From assembly GCA_040222015.1 (NCBI GenBank), contig JAVJWO010000192.1:33013-97012 (forward strand): a stretch of 64,000 nucleotides of DNA, read 5' to 3'. The position numbers and the translations under genes were made by a program. Source of the stretch: Coleofasciculus chthonoplastes F2-STO-03 (GTDB taxonomy: Bacteria > Cyanobacteriota > Cyanobacteriia > Cyanobacteriales > Coleofasciculaceae). Every line of letters starts with the position of its first letter. The stretch's first letter is position 1. Shown here in pieces: positions 21,374 to 30,706 of this stretch. The notes under the pieces were generated by a model that saw only the letters and a program-made list of their open reading frames with translations, made no database searches and was not told the DNA's origin.

Positions 21374-22678
21374 ATGATGTTCGTGACCAAACCAACTCTC
21401 GTCGAGAATCCCGGAATTCCTGCTGAATCAACAGAGGGTGTATCGACTGCATACAATCCCAAGGATTTCGATACTAACGTGATGGGAACATATAATCGTT
21501 TCCCCATCGCCCTAGAACGGGGTAAGGGTTGTCGAGTTTGGGATACAGCCGGACGTGATTATCTCGATTTTGTAGCTGGGATCGCTACCTGTACCTTGGG
21601 TCACGCTCATCCGGCTCTGATCGAAACGGTGACGCAGCAAATCAAAACCCTGCACCATGTTTCTAATCTGTACTATATTCCTCCCCAAGGAGAATTAGCA
21701 CAGTGGATGGTTGAGCATTCCTGTGCCGATCGCGTCTTTTTCTGTAACTCGGGTGCGGAGGCGAATGAAGGGGCGATTAAATTGGCTCGGAAATACGCCC
21801 ACACGGTTCTAGAAATTGAGAAACCTGTAATTTTGACCGCGAATGACAGTTTCCATGGACGCACGCTAGCGACGATTACAGCAACGGGTCAGCCCAAGTA
21901 TCAAAAGAATTTTGACCCCTTGGTGCCGGGATTCTATTATGTGCCGTATAACGATATCGGTGCCATGGAAGATGCGATCGGAGAATTGGATGAAGGGGAT
22001 CAACGAGTAGCAGCGGTGATGTTGGAACCCCTGCAAGGAGAAGGGGGTGTGCGTCCAGGAGAGTTGGAGTATTTCCTGCGCTTGCGGAAAATCTGTGATG
22101 AGACGGGTATCTTGCTGATTTTAGACGAAGTGCAAGTGGGGATGGGTCGCACAGGTAAGTATTGGGGATATGAGAATTTAGGGATTGAGCCAGATATTTT
22201 TACCAGCGCTAAGGGATTAGCAGGCGGTGTTCCAATTGGTGCGATGCTGTGTAAGCAATTCTGTAATGTGTTTCAACCTGGGGATCATGCGAGTACCTTT
22301 GGCGGAAATCCTTTGGCTTGTGCGACGGCGTTAACTGTGGCTCAGACGTTGGAACGGGACGATATTTTGCACAATGTTCAAAAACGGGGCGAACAGTTGC
22401 GGACTCGTTTAAGAGCGATCGCGATGAACTATCCTCAGCTAATTACTGAGGTGCGCGGTTGGGGACTGATTAATGGGATGGAGTTGAACGCGGATGTGGA
22501 ACTGACGGCGGTGGATGTGGTGAAAGCGGCGATGGAAAAAGGATTGCTGTTAGTACCCGCAGGTGCCAAAGTGGTGCGCTTTGTCCCTCCTTTGATTGTC
22601 TCGGCTGAAGAAGTGGATGCAGCCGCAACAATCGTTGAACAATCTATAGCCAAGCTAGCTGCTTCCGTCAATAAATAA
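21374..22678 (+). CDS. argD: Acetylornithine aminotransferase
   Basis: CNSGAEANE, FHGRT, DEVQVG, AKGLAGG and HASTFGGN motifs. Confidence 0.95.
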   Translation: MMFVTKPTLVENPGIPAESTEGVSTAYNPKDFDTNVMGTYNRFPIALERGKGCRVWDTAGRDYLDFVAGIATCTLGHAHPALIETVTQQIKTLHHVSNLYYIPPQGELAQWMVEHSCADRVFFCNSGAEANEGAIKLARKYAHTVLEIEKPVILTANDSFHGRTLATITATGQPKYQKNFDPLVPGFYYVPYNDIGAMEDAIGELDEGDQRVAAVMLEPLQGEGGVRPGELEYFLRLRKICDETGILLILDEVQVGMGRTGKYWGYENLGIEPDIFTSAKGLAGGVPIGAMLCKQFCNVFQPGDHASTFGGNPLACATALTVAQTLERDDILHNVQKRGEQLRTRLRAIAMNYPQLITEVRGWGLINGMELNADVELTAVDVVKAAMEKGLLLVPAGAKVVRFVPPLIVSAEEVDAAATIVEQSIAKLAASVNK

Positions 22679-22874
22679 GGAGATTCGTCATTTGTCATAC
22701 TCGCTTCGCGAGAAGCAAGCTACGTCATTTGTCATTTGTAATTTGTGATAATTGAACGGTTAAGTCGGGGCGGGTTTCGTTATATCAAGGTGAAAACGAA
22801 ACGTTAGTGGTAAAACCCGTCCCTACACACTCTTCCTTATCTCCCTCATCTCCCCCAGCTTCCCCCGCTAGCCA

Positions 22875-23804
22875 ATGAAAAAAATCTGGTCATCGATAAA
22901 ACCCTACATTCGCTGGGTGATTCTGGGCGGAACGCTGTTTTTTATCGCTAAAGCTTTTAAAGATCATTGGCGAGAAGTTGCGGGAATTCGCATTGATCCC
23001 CAGGGATGGACAATGCTGGCGATCGCACTATTGGTGACGTTACTGGCACATATTTGGTCGGGTTGGGTTTGGACGTGGATTTTACAGGCGTTTAAGCAAC
23101 CTATTGAACCGCGTTGGGCGCTACAGGTTTATCTGAAAACGAATGTTGCTAAATATTTACCCGGTAATGTGTGGCATTTCTATGGTCGAATTGCAGCGGT
23201 GAGGGGGGTTGGAGGTTCTGTGGGTGCTGCTAGTATCAGTGTATTACTGGAACCTCTGTTAATGGCAGCTGCGGCGTTAGCGATCGCGTTATTTAGTGGT
23301 GGATTGGGTTGGATCAACACGGCATCCGATAGCCGAATATGGGGGTTACAAATTTTGGGCTTAGTTGTGGTGTTGTTGGGCGTTCATCCCCGAGTTCTCA
23401 ATCCTATTGTTCAACGCTTAAGCCGTTCCAAGAAGGTTACAGATACGGAAGAGTTCACTATTGAACGCTATCCCTTATTGCCATTGTTGGGTGAAATGGG
23501 CTTTTTGGGATTTCGGGGAACCGGATTTTTATTTACCTTACTGGCGGTAGGATCAATTACTCCGAGTCAGATTCCGTCGTTACTGAGTGCCTTTAGTTTC
23601 GCCTGGTTACTGGGATTAGTTGTACCTGGCGCACCGGGAGGGTTAGGGGTATTTGAAGCGACTGCGATCGCGCTTTTGGATCAGCAGTTGCCTGCGGCTT
23701 TCATCCTTACAGGGGTTGCCTTATTTCGCCTGGTTAGTATTCTGGCAGAAATCAGCGCCGCTGGACTAGCTATTATCAGCGAACGTTTGTGGACAAATCC
23801 ATAG
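22875..23804 (+). CDS. UPF0104 / lysylphosphatidylglycerol-synthase TM-domain (flippase-like) membrane protein
   Basis: KYLPGNVW and PGAPGGLGVFE motifs, multiple TM segments. Confidence 0.8.
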   Translation: MKKIWSSIKPYIRWVILGGTLFFIAKAFKDHWREVAGIRIDPQGWTMLAIALLVTLLAHIWSGWVWTWILQAFKQPIEPRWALQVYLKTNVAKYLPGNVWHFYGRIAAVRGVGGSVGAASISVLLEPLLMAAAALAIALFSGGLGWINTASDSRIWGLQILGLVVVLLGVHPRVLNPIVQRLSRSKKVTDTEEFTIERYPLLPLLGEMGFLGFRGTGFLFTLLAVGSITPSQIPSLLSAFSFAWLLGLVVPGAPGGLGVFEATAIALLDQQLPAAFILTGVALFRLVSILAEISAAGLAIISERLWTNP

Positions 23805-23829
23805 AATGTCGATGGGTTAGCAATCAATT

Positions 23830-23894
23830 GTAGGGGCGGGTTTTACCAATAACCTTTGGCTTTCAACCGATAACTTGACTAAACCCGCCCTCCT
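23830..23894. repeat. REP-like palindrome GTAGGGGCGGGTTT...AAACCCGCCC between convergent genes
   Basis: Related copies at about 22764-22826, 34500-34561, 42207-42580 and 49485-49548. Confidence 0.8.
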
Positions 23895-23903
23895 AGTGTC
23901 TCA

Positions 23904-24905
23904 CTAATTCCTACCCACCACCTCCCGCACTCGATAAATTGGTCTCCCTTGGGACTCGTGATAGGTTCGCATTAACACTTCTGCTAACAGACCAAAGCTA
24001 AATAACTGGACGCCTGCTAATAACAGAACAACAGCTAAAATCAGCAAAGGTCGGTCACCAATCTGCTGTCCAAAACCGAGTTTAAGTAGGGTTAAATACA
24101 GTCCTAATAACAATCCGACACCGAAGGAAAGCAAGCCAAATAGACCAAAGACATGCATGGGGCGAGTGAGGAATTTTTTCATAAAAAATACGGTCAATAA
24201 ATCCATCACCACACGAAAGGTTCGCCCCAATCCATACTTACTTGTACCATAACGACGGGCATGATGTCGCACGGGAATTTCACTAATTCTGGCTCCCTCA
24301 ATGTAAGCTAATGCTGGCAGAAATCGATGTAACTCGCCATAGAGATTCATATCCGCCACCAGTTCAGAACGGTAGGCTTTAAGGGAACACCCATAGTCAT
24401 GTAATTTGACGCCAGTCACTTTCCCAATTAACCAATTGGCAATTTTAGAGGGGAGGAGTCGAGTTAAAGCCGCATCTTGTCGTTCTTTGCGCCAACCACT
24501 GACTAAATCATACCCTTCTTCTATTTTGGCGAGTAAGGCGGGAATATCAGCCGGATCATTTTGTAAATCACCATCTATCATCACAATAACGCGAGCTTGA
24601 GCATGTTTAAATCCGGCTGACATGGCGGCGGTTTGACCGTAATTTCGGCGGAGAATCACCGCTCTTAAGTCTGAGCGGCTGCGTGCTAATTCGAGGAGGA
24701 GTTCGGTGGAACCATCCTGAGAACCATCATCGACACAGACAATTTCGTAGGCAAACTGATTGGCACTTAAACTGGTTGCTACAGAGTCAACCAGGTGGGG
24801 TATACTAGCGACTTCATTGTAAATAGGGACAACGACCGATAACGCTAGTGAATTTGATGGGGTGATCGGTTCTTGATAGTCCTTAAAGGATAATGAATCT
24901 GTCAT
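23904..24905 (-). CDS. Polyprenyl-phosphate glycosyltransferase (GT2, GtrB/ArnC-like)
   Basis: VDDGSQD, RNYGQTAA, DGDLQNDP and HRFLP motifs, two C-terminal TM helices. Confidence 0.9.
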   Translation of the reverse strand: MTDSLSFKDYQEPITPSNSLALSVVVPIYNEVASIPHLVDSVATSLSANQFAYEIVCVDDGSQDGSTELLLELARSRSDLRAVILRRNYGQTAAMSAGFKHAQARVIVMIDGDLQNDPADIPALLAKIEEGYDLVSGWRKERQDAALTRLLPSKIANWLIGKVTGVKLHDYGCSLKAYRSELVADMNLYGELHRFLPALAYIEGARISEIPVRHHARRYGTSKYGLGRTFRVVMDLLTVFFMKKFLTRPMHVFGLFGLLSFGVGLLLGLYLTLLKLGFGQQIGDRPLLILAVVLLLAGVQLFSFGLLAEVLMRTYHESQGRPIYRVREVVGRN

Positions 24906-24916
24906 ATTTTAATTCC

Positions 24917-26236
24917 TTATTGTCTTGACTCCATCGATTTATACAAGTTTGCACTTATCTTAGAGATAAAGGGCAAAGAAAGTACCGGGTACAACAGCCA
25001 TAAGGGAGGCAAATAGCGCAGGCTTTCGCGGAACGCTAAAAAGCCTTTGCGTTTTGAGCCGCTAGGGAGGACAAGATAAAGCAGTTTTTTATAGTCATCC
25101 GGGACAATTTCCGCCATGTTATCACTCTGGGTTGATTGTTGGGTCTGCAAATCCCTGAATGTTAGCCGATTAAACCAATTAAAGTAGGATAAAACGGTAA
25201 TGATAGTGAGACAATGATTATCTGATTTGTTATAAATAATTTCAGGGTTGTGAGTTAAACCATCAAGGCGACGACGTTCAGACACATTTCCGACTAATTC
25301 TGCCCAAGGAATAAAGACTGAATAGCAGGGAATATACTTTAGAAATGGAGCATTTTGAGCAATATATATTCCTGTATGGAAGCAAATCCCTAGAGGAATA
25401 TAAAACCAGATTAAACGGGGAAAAACTAGCACAAAGAAAAATGTTGCCTCAAACAGGATTGCCACCCAAGACGATAGCATAGCTAATGTATGTTGTCTGG
25501 CTAACCAAATCCCTAAGGGTCTATCCCAAACCAGCCCATCCTGCCACAAATAATATTGTAATGTATAGCCATTCATCCAATCGAGTCCTCCTTTAAGCAG
25601 CTTACTCATAGCTGAGTCTAGGTAGATAATTGCAAACATCCACTGGATGAGCAATAAGGGCCATCTAGCCAAGTGACTTTTTTCTTGCTGAATATCAAAA
25701 GTATCTACGCTTTTTCTCTGGCAATTTTGTCGAATACGACGCCGCAGATCGTCTAGGGATAAAACTTGACCAGCAGGACTCAAAGCCAAGATGACAAGCG
25801 ATATCATGACTAAGGCTTGAGAATGACTATACAAGGCACTGAAGGAGTATATATAAGCTTGAATCAATATATTCCCAATCGCAAATATAATTAAATTCAG
25901 ATTTGTTGACAGTCCAATTAAGCCGAATGTTCCTGTTATTATAGTTAACGCTAAAATTACTAATAGCAACACAACCGGAGGAGGATGATTTAGCCCAAAT
26001 GGTAAGAGTATAATCTTTAAAATGGGTAGCGGATTGTAAAGAAAATCCGGTAATTGAGAATTATTCACTAACTGACTCACTATAGTACCATCTCGACCTG
26101 GAACTAATAAATAGAAGAGTTGAGAGCCAACAATAATAATTCGACTAATGGCTAGATTAAACAAGGGGGTGAGTTTGAACCAATAGGTTGTCCACCATTC
26201 CCAAGGTACAGTTAGTTTATTAAACATCGGTATCAT
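24917..26236 (-). CDS. HTTM-domain membrane protein with a degenerate DCC-like C-terminal domain
   Basis: LSLD..R, YLDSAMSKL..G.DW..G and FH.GI motifs. The C-terminal IIYNKSDNHC...GFLAF resembles DUF393 without the full CxxC. Confidence 0.7.
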   Translation of the reverse strand: MIPMFNKLTVPWEWWTTYWFKLTPLFNLAISRIIIVGSQLFYLLVPGRDGTIVSQLVNNSQLPDFLYNPLPILKIILLPFGLNHPPPVVLLLVILALTIITGTFGLIGLSTNLNLIIFAIGNILIQAYIYSFSALYSHSQALVMISLVILALSPAGQVLSLDDLRRRIRQNCQRKSVDTFDIQQEKSHLARWPLLLIQWMFAIIYLDSAMSKLLKGGLDWMNGYTLQYYLWQDGLVWDRPLGIWLARQHTLAMLSSWVAILFEATFFFVLVFPRLIWFYIPLGICFHTGIYIAQNAPFLKYIPCYSVFIPWAELVGNVSERRRLDGLTHNPEIIYNKSDNHCLTIITVLSYFNWFNRLTFRDLQTQQSTQSDNMAEIVPDDYKKLLYLVLPSGSKRKGFLAFRESLRYLPPLWLLYPVLSLPFISKISANLYKSMESRQ

Positions 26237-26760
26237 TTTTTTCTCAATTCGGCAATTGGGTACTGTTTAACCAGTTGGGCTTCCGCTTCAATTACCTCGT
26301 CTTTGAGTAAGACGAGGGGATAGTTATACAATCGTAAATTGATTATTTTAGTGTGGTAACGACTTTCGTATAACTGGACAAAATTCATAATCATTTCTTT
26401 TTTTTCTAACCGTAGTGATTCTTTGAGTCCATACATAAAAACCCAGTAATTTATGCCTAAATCTTCTGGCTGAATCAGCACTTCAGTTGAATCATCTAGA
26501 GTGGCATAAATTGAATATTGCTTGATTGTATCTCCTTCATATTTGGCATAGTTGTACATCGGATAACTGACGAAGGGCCAGAGGCTAGGATCTGGAGGGG
26601 GTTTGAGCAGTTTATAAGGATATTGCAGTCGTCTAAACTTGGGCCAAAACCCTCTCAGATGTTTAGCGGTATAGAACTGTAGTCCGATGAAAAATAGGAT
26701 AACGATAGATAGAAGGTGGACAGTGAATTTATATGAATGTGTATGACTTAGTTTTGACAT
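26233..26760 (-). CDS. Hypothetical single-TM protein (SdpA-like partner of the HTTM protein)
   Basis: One TM helix, WPFVSYPMY motif, 4-nt overlap with the HTTM gene. Start MSKLS is inferred. Confidence 0.6.
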   Translation of the reverse strand: MSKLSHTHSYKFTVHLLSIVILFFIGLQFYTAKHLRGFWPKFRRLQYPYKLLKPPPDPSLWPFVSYPMYNYAKYEGDTIKQYSIYATLDDSTEVLIQPEDLGINYWVFMYGLKESLRLEKKEMIMNFVQLYESRYHTKIINLRLYNYPLVLLKDEVIEAEAQLVKQYPIAELRKK

Positions 26761-26795
26761 GGTAAACCAATTTTTATAATCGTTTGATTTAAATG

Positions 26796-28457
26796 CTACT
26801 TGACGAGTTTCCACAGTCGTGGGTTTTCTCGACGACGGGGATCAACAAAAACAGGCTCAAGTGTATAATTTTGATTTTGCTCTAACCAAGATTTTAATTC
26901 ATCATGAGGTCGGTAAACAAACACATCTTGAAACTGTGCTGGAATTTCCGGCAGAACATTTGGTTGAACGACAAACAAAATTCCTACATTTGGCTCAAAC
27001 TGACGAGTAAGGGGTAAAACTCTCCCCACAGCCCCCCCTTTACCCCAAAGCACATTTGATGGAACGGAATACAATATGAGGGGTTGTTCAGCTTGGTTAA
27101 CGATAGTCGCAATAGGGTGAACATGATAATTACCGCCTTTACTCCACCATCCATGGGCTTGAGTAATAATTAGATTAGATAAAATGCCGAGGGAAATCAA
27201 AGTAACAAAAATTACTTGCCATATTTTCTGTTGCCTAACTGACCGGAAATTGGTGGACATTTTGCTTGCAAAAAGGTAAGCAACAGACAACTGAAAGCCT
27301 AATAAACAAGGGATAACATAACGAGTCACTGTTGACCGTTGACCGCCTTTAATAAGGTCGGGGATGATTAAGGCTGCAGCCATAACTCCAATCAAGCTGA
27401 TAATAAAAAACCATACCCGTGCTGGAGTGTTTTTGCAAATAAAATAAATCGAATATCCCCCTAAAACAATCAGCGGCAAAATTAACCAATAGATAAGGGA
27501 TTTATTGTCACTCAATAAATAGCTGCAATCTGGACTGTTTAAAGGTAAACACCATCCTCTATCTAAGTCCACAAAAACACGGCTAACACTTAATCCCCAG
27601 GATTTAACTAAAGTTAATAGAGGCAATTTTTGGAAAACCCAACCCATTTGCTCTTCTAAGGGAGGTGGCGCCGTTATCGTATTGATTATCCAGGGAGAGA
27701 AGGCAATAACCCCAGCTAAAGAGGCTAAACTATAAGCAATAACTGTTTTATTAAAGCGAAATCTCTGAGTGACAGCGACATAAAGTCCATGAGACGCTGC
27801 GACAACAGTAAAAAACCAATGGGTGTAAAATCCTAATGTTAGAGTAATGGCGTAGATACTCCAACTTGTCTTTTTATTCAGGCGCATGGCTCTTAATAAA
27901 GCAGCACTGGATATTAAAATAGCCACTGTCAATAAACTATAAGGACGAACTTCCTGAGCATACAAAATATGGAAAGGTGAAATCGCCATCAGCGCCACGG
28001 CTACCCAGGCAACAAAGGGTGATTCAAACAGTTCTCGACAGAGCCAATAAATGCCAGGTAAAGCAAATAAGCTAATCAGAACTGAAAAGCTTCTTAGTGC
28101 TGCCACTGAACTGCCAAACCCAAGTGCCCAAACTCTGAGTGCGAGATAGTAAAGTGGAGCATGCTCAGTGTTTCCCGCTAAAACCCGAATCGTATCTCCC
28201 CAAGTTTTGGTCGGACTCGGACGCTGATACTTGAGCAAATCATCAGAATTAACGACTTCACCGGAAAAGATATCTTGAATAAATTCAGGTTCCGTATAGC
28301 CGAAAATTCGTAAAGATGAGTGGGTTTCATCAAGCCAGTAAACTTTCTGTTCGAGATGAACAAAGCGAAAAAACAGTCCTAAAACCAGTATCGTGATAAT
28401 TAATACGTTAAACCATTTTTTCTTCAATTTAAATGTATTATTAATGTAATTTTTCAT
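26796..28457 (-). CDS. GT39/PMT-like (GT-C) membrane glycosyltransferase
   Basis: YWLDE, EHAPLYY and YAQEVRPY motifs, many TM helices. Confidence 0.88.
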   Translation of the reverse strand: MKNYINNTFKLKKKWFNVLIITILVLGLFFRFVHLEQKVYWLDETHSSLRIFGYTEPEFIQDIFSGEVVNSDDLLKYQRPSPTKTWGDTIRVLAGNTEHAPLYYLALRVWALGFGSSVAALRSFSVLISLFALPGIYWLCRELFESPFVAWVAVALMAISPFHILYAQEVRPYSLLTVAILISSAALLRAMRLNKKTSWSIYAITLTLGFYTHWFFTVVAASHGLYVAVTQRFRFNKTVIAYSLASLAGVIAFSPWIINTITAPPPLEEQMGWVFQKLPLLTLVKSWGLSVSRVFVDLDRGWCLPLNSPDCSYLLSDNKSLIYWLILPLIVLGGYSIYFICKNTPARVWFFIISLIGVMAAALIIPDLIKGGQRSTVTRYVIPCLLGFQLSVAYLFASKMSTNFRSVRQQKIWQVIFVTLISLGILSNLIITQAHGWWSKGGNYHVHPIATIVNQAEQPLILYSVPSNVLWGKGGAVGRVLPLTRQFEPNVGILFVVQPNVLPEIPAQFQDVFVYRPHDELKSWLEQNQNYTLEPVFVDPRRRENPRLWKLVK

Positions 28458-28548
28458 AAAAATAGAGCGCGAATGGCTTCTAAGTTTAGAGCATGAGATG
28501 GTGTAATAAAAACTTTGAGATCTATTCCTCTCTCTTTACAGATTTTAC

Positions 28549-30420
28549 CTACTCTTCTCCCGAACAAGATTGCTGCCACTGATTTTTCTTCTCTAAATCC
28601 TGAGTTTCTCCGGGTGGAACAGTGCGTTCCTCGACAAAATAAATGTCTAAACTTTCTATCCGTTGGTTTCCCTGATGCTGTTCATTCCAAGTGCGACATA
28701 AATATTCAGCATAATAGGGATACAGCTTATTCCCGATCGCGCGATTCAGATTGATGAAGTAGGTTCGCCACTGCATATTGGGATACAGGGCATTGCGCTG
28801 CTTAATCGTTGGCTTATCCCAATTGACAGACCCCCCATTCCGCAAAAGGTCAACCTCGCTACCATCCTTCAGCTTCCCGACAATAACGTGCCAGCCGTCA
28901 TCTCTGGGTGGGGCTGGGGCGAAAATACTCCAGGATTGATCTAACCGCAATAGGCTACTAATCCAATCCAAGGAATTCAGTGTCCTCGATTTCATCACCC
29001 GGTCAATTTTGGCAAGAGTATTGGGATCGAGTGTCTGCTTTAGGGATCGCGCATCGGCTAAACTGCGGAAATTCCAAACGGTAACGTAAGCAAATAACAG
29101 CAAGGTGACGATGTTTAAGACTCTGGAAGACTGGACTTCCACCGGACGAAATTTTAACGGGGCGGTGAATTGACCCGCAACTTTACGGTTAGAAGCAATA
29201 GTCTCATAGAATTTTGTCCCTATCGCCATCAAAGGGCGCCAACGGAGAATATAAGCGAGGGGTTTAAATACCGGAGAAAGACTCACCACATAGGCGATTG
29301 CTTCCCACTTGAAATGCCTGTTCTCCTGCCAGTCTACCACGACCCAAGAGTTTTTCTCCTGCATATCGGCATAAATTGAGGGGTCATCCTGCGCCGTTTG
29401 TAAGGGGGTTTTGGGTAGGATTAAAAAGGTTCGCAGCAGATATACAACCTTTTTACAGAACCCACAATCGGCATCGTAATAAATCCTTAATCCTGCCCGT
29501 TGGGGGGTATACATTCGCTTAGAAAGGGCATCCCATACCTCAGTTGGGATAAACACCAACCAGACAAATATCCCTAATGCTGGAAACAAGCCGATATGCA
29601 GCGTCAAGCCAAACCCGATATGTAACAAGATAAACGTGATAATCGTGGCGCAGCGAAAAAACGTGGTGCGCCAGGGAATAAATAGAAATAGGGGTCCAAT
29701 CCACTCCAACACTAATGTGGCAAAGGTGGAAAAAACTAACAGGGGCGGGAAGTTCAGCAGGAATTGACCCAGTGGTGCAGCGTACTGGTCGAAACTTAAG
29801 GCATAATAGACGGCTGTGAGTTTGGGAAACCAGATATCGCTGGTTGTTTTAAACGCAGCGGAAAAGGCATAAACGTAATAAATTTGTAAGGTTAGCGCGA
29901 ATGTAGCCCCGGTGAGAATCCGCTTGGGTAACGGCTTACTGGATGAATTTAAGGCACTATCCACCGAGTAACACGCCCCTAGGGGTAAAAACATCATCCA
30001 GAACAATAGCGCCCGCAGCATATCATCTGCCGCAAATAATACGGTAGGATTCCGGTTGTGTAGGGAAATCAACAACACCCAAGACGCGATCGCAGCCAAC
30101 CGAGTCCTGTATCCTACAAGTAGGGTGACGGCAATTAACCCCGCCAACAAAAACACAACGCCTTGGATAAAGGGTTGACCCCCCAGTAGATGTACAGACC
30201 AATACCAGGGATTTAGAATCTCATTAATCAACGCTGTACGCGGTAATACCCCAGCATCGCTGTACAGTGTGGTAATATCCTTGGCACGGATGAGCAAATC
30301 GGCAATCAGGATAATCGCGACACCGATACGAAAAACAGCTAGCGATCGCAAATCAAACCCAAACAAGGGTTCAAGTTTACTCACCCACTTACTTTTCGGT
30401 TTCTGCACACTGGACGCCAT
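28549..30420 (-). CDS. HTTM (vitamin-K-dependent-carboxylase-like) membrane protein with an inserted DCC thiol-disulfide domain
   Basis: DLRSLAVFRI, HNRN, YYDADCGFC and LDQSWSIFAP motifs. Confidence 0.82.
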   Translation of the reverse strand: MASSVQKPKSKWVSKLEPLFGFDLRSLAVFRIGVAIILIADLLIRAKDITTLYSDAGVLPRTALINEILNPWYWSVHLLGGQPFIQGVVFLLAGLIAVTLLVGYRTRLAAIASWVLLISLHNRNPTVLFAADDMLRALLFWMMFLPLGACYSVDSALNSSSKPLPKRILTGATFALTLQIYYVYAFSAAFKTTSDIWFPKLTAVYYALSFDQYAAPLGQFLLNFPPLLVFSTFATLVLEWIGPLFLFIPWRTTFFRCATIITFILLHIGFGLTLHIGLFPALGIFVWLVFIPTEVWDALSKRMYTPQRAGLRIYYDADCGFCKKVVYLLRTFLILPKTPLQTAQDDPSIYADMQEKNSWVVVDWQENRHFKWEAIAYVVSLSPVFKPLAYILRWRPLMAIGTKFYETIASNRKVAGQFTAPLKFRPVEVQSSRVLNIVTLLLFAYVTVWNFRSLADARSLKQTLDPNTLAKIDRVMKSRTLNSLDWISSLLRLDQSWSIFAPAPPRDDGWHVIVGKLKDGSEVDLLRNGGSVNWDKPTIKQRNALYPNMQWRTYFINLNRAIGNKLYPYYAEYLCRTWNEQHQGNQRIESLDIYFVEERTVPPGETQDLEKKNQWQQSCSGEE

Positions 30421-30706
30421 AAACAGTAGACCTCACGGGATTTTAGTAATTGCCTCAAAAAACGATAATTTCCATACTTTGTCGGTGACTAGAAATAGAC
30501 CCAACTCCCGACCGGTTCAATACATAGTTCTCAAACCCTTACATAAGAAACTTGCTTCTCGCTCCCTTAAGTAGAATGGCACGCTCAATAAGCAAAGTGA
30601 TATCACCAAAACCTTTGATATACCGTAGGGTGGGCATTGCCCACCAGCCTCATCTGAGCGTGACATTCCCCAAAAGGTATGAAGAATGCCCAATGACCAA
30701 TAACAA

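Noticed and set aside
21231..21452. ORF with GNREQGT repeats
   Set aside because: It is produced by the 7-bp tandem repeat and overlaps the argD start in antisense.
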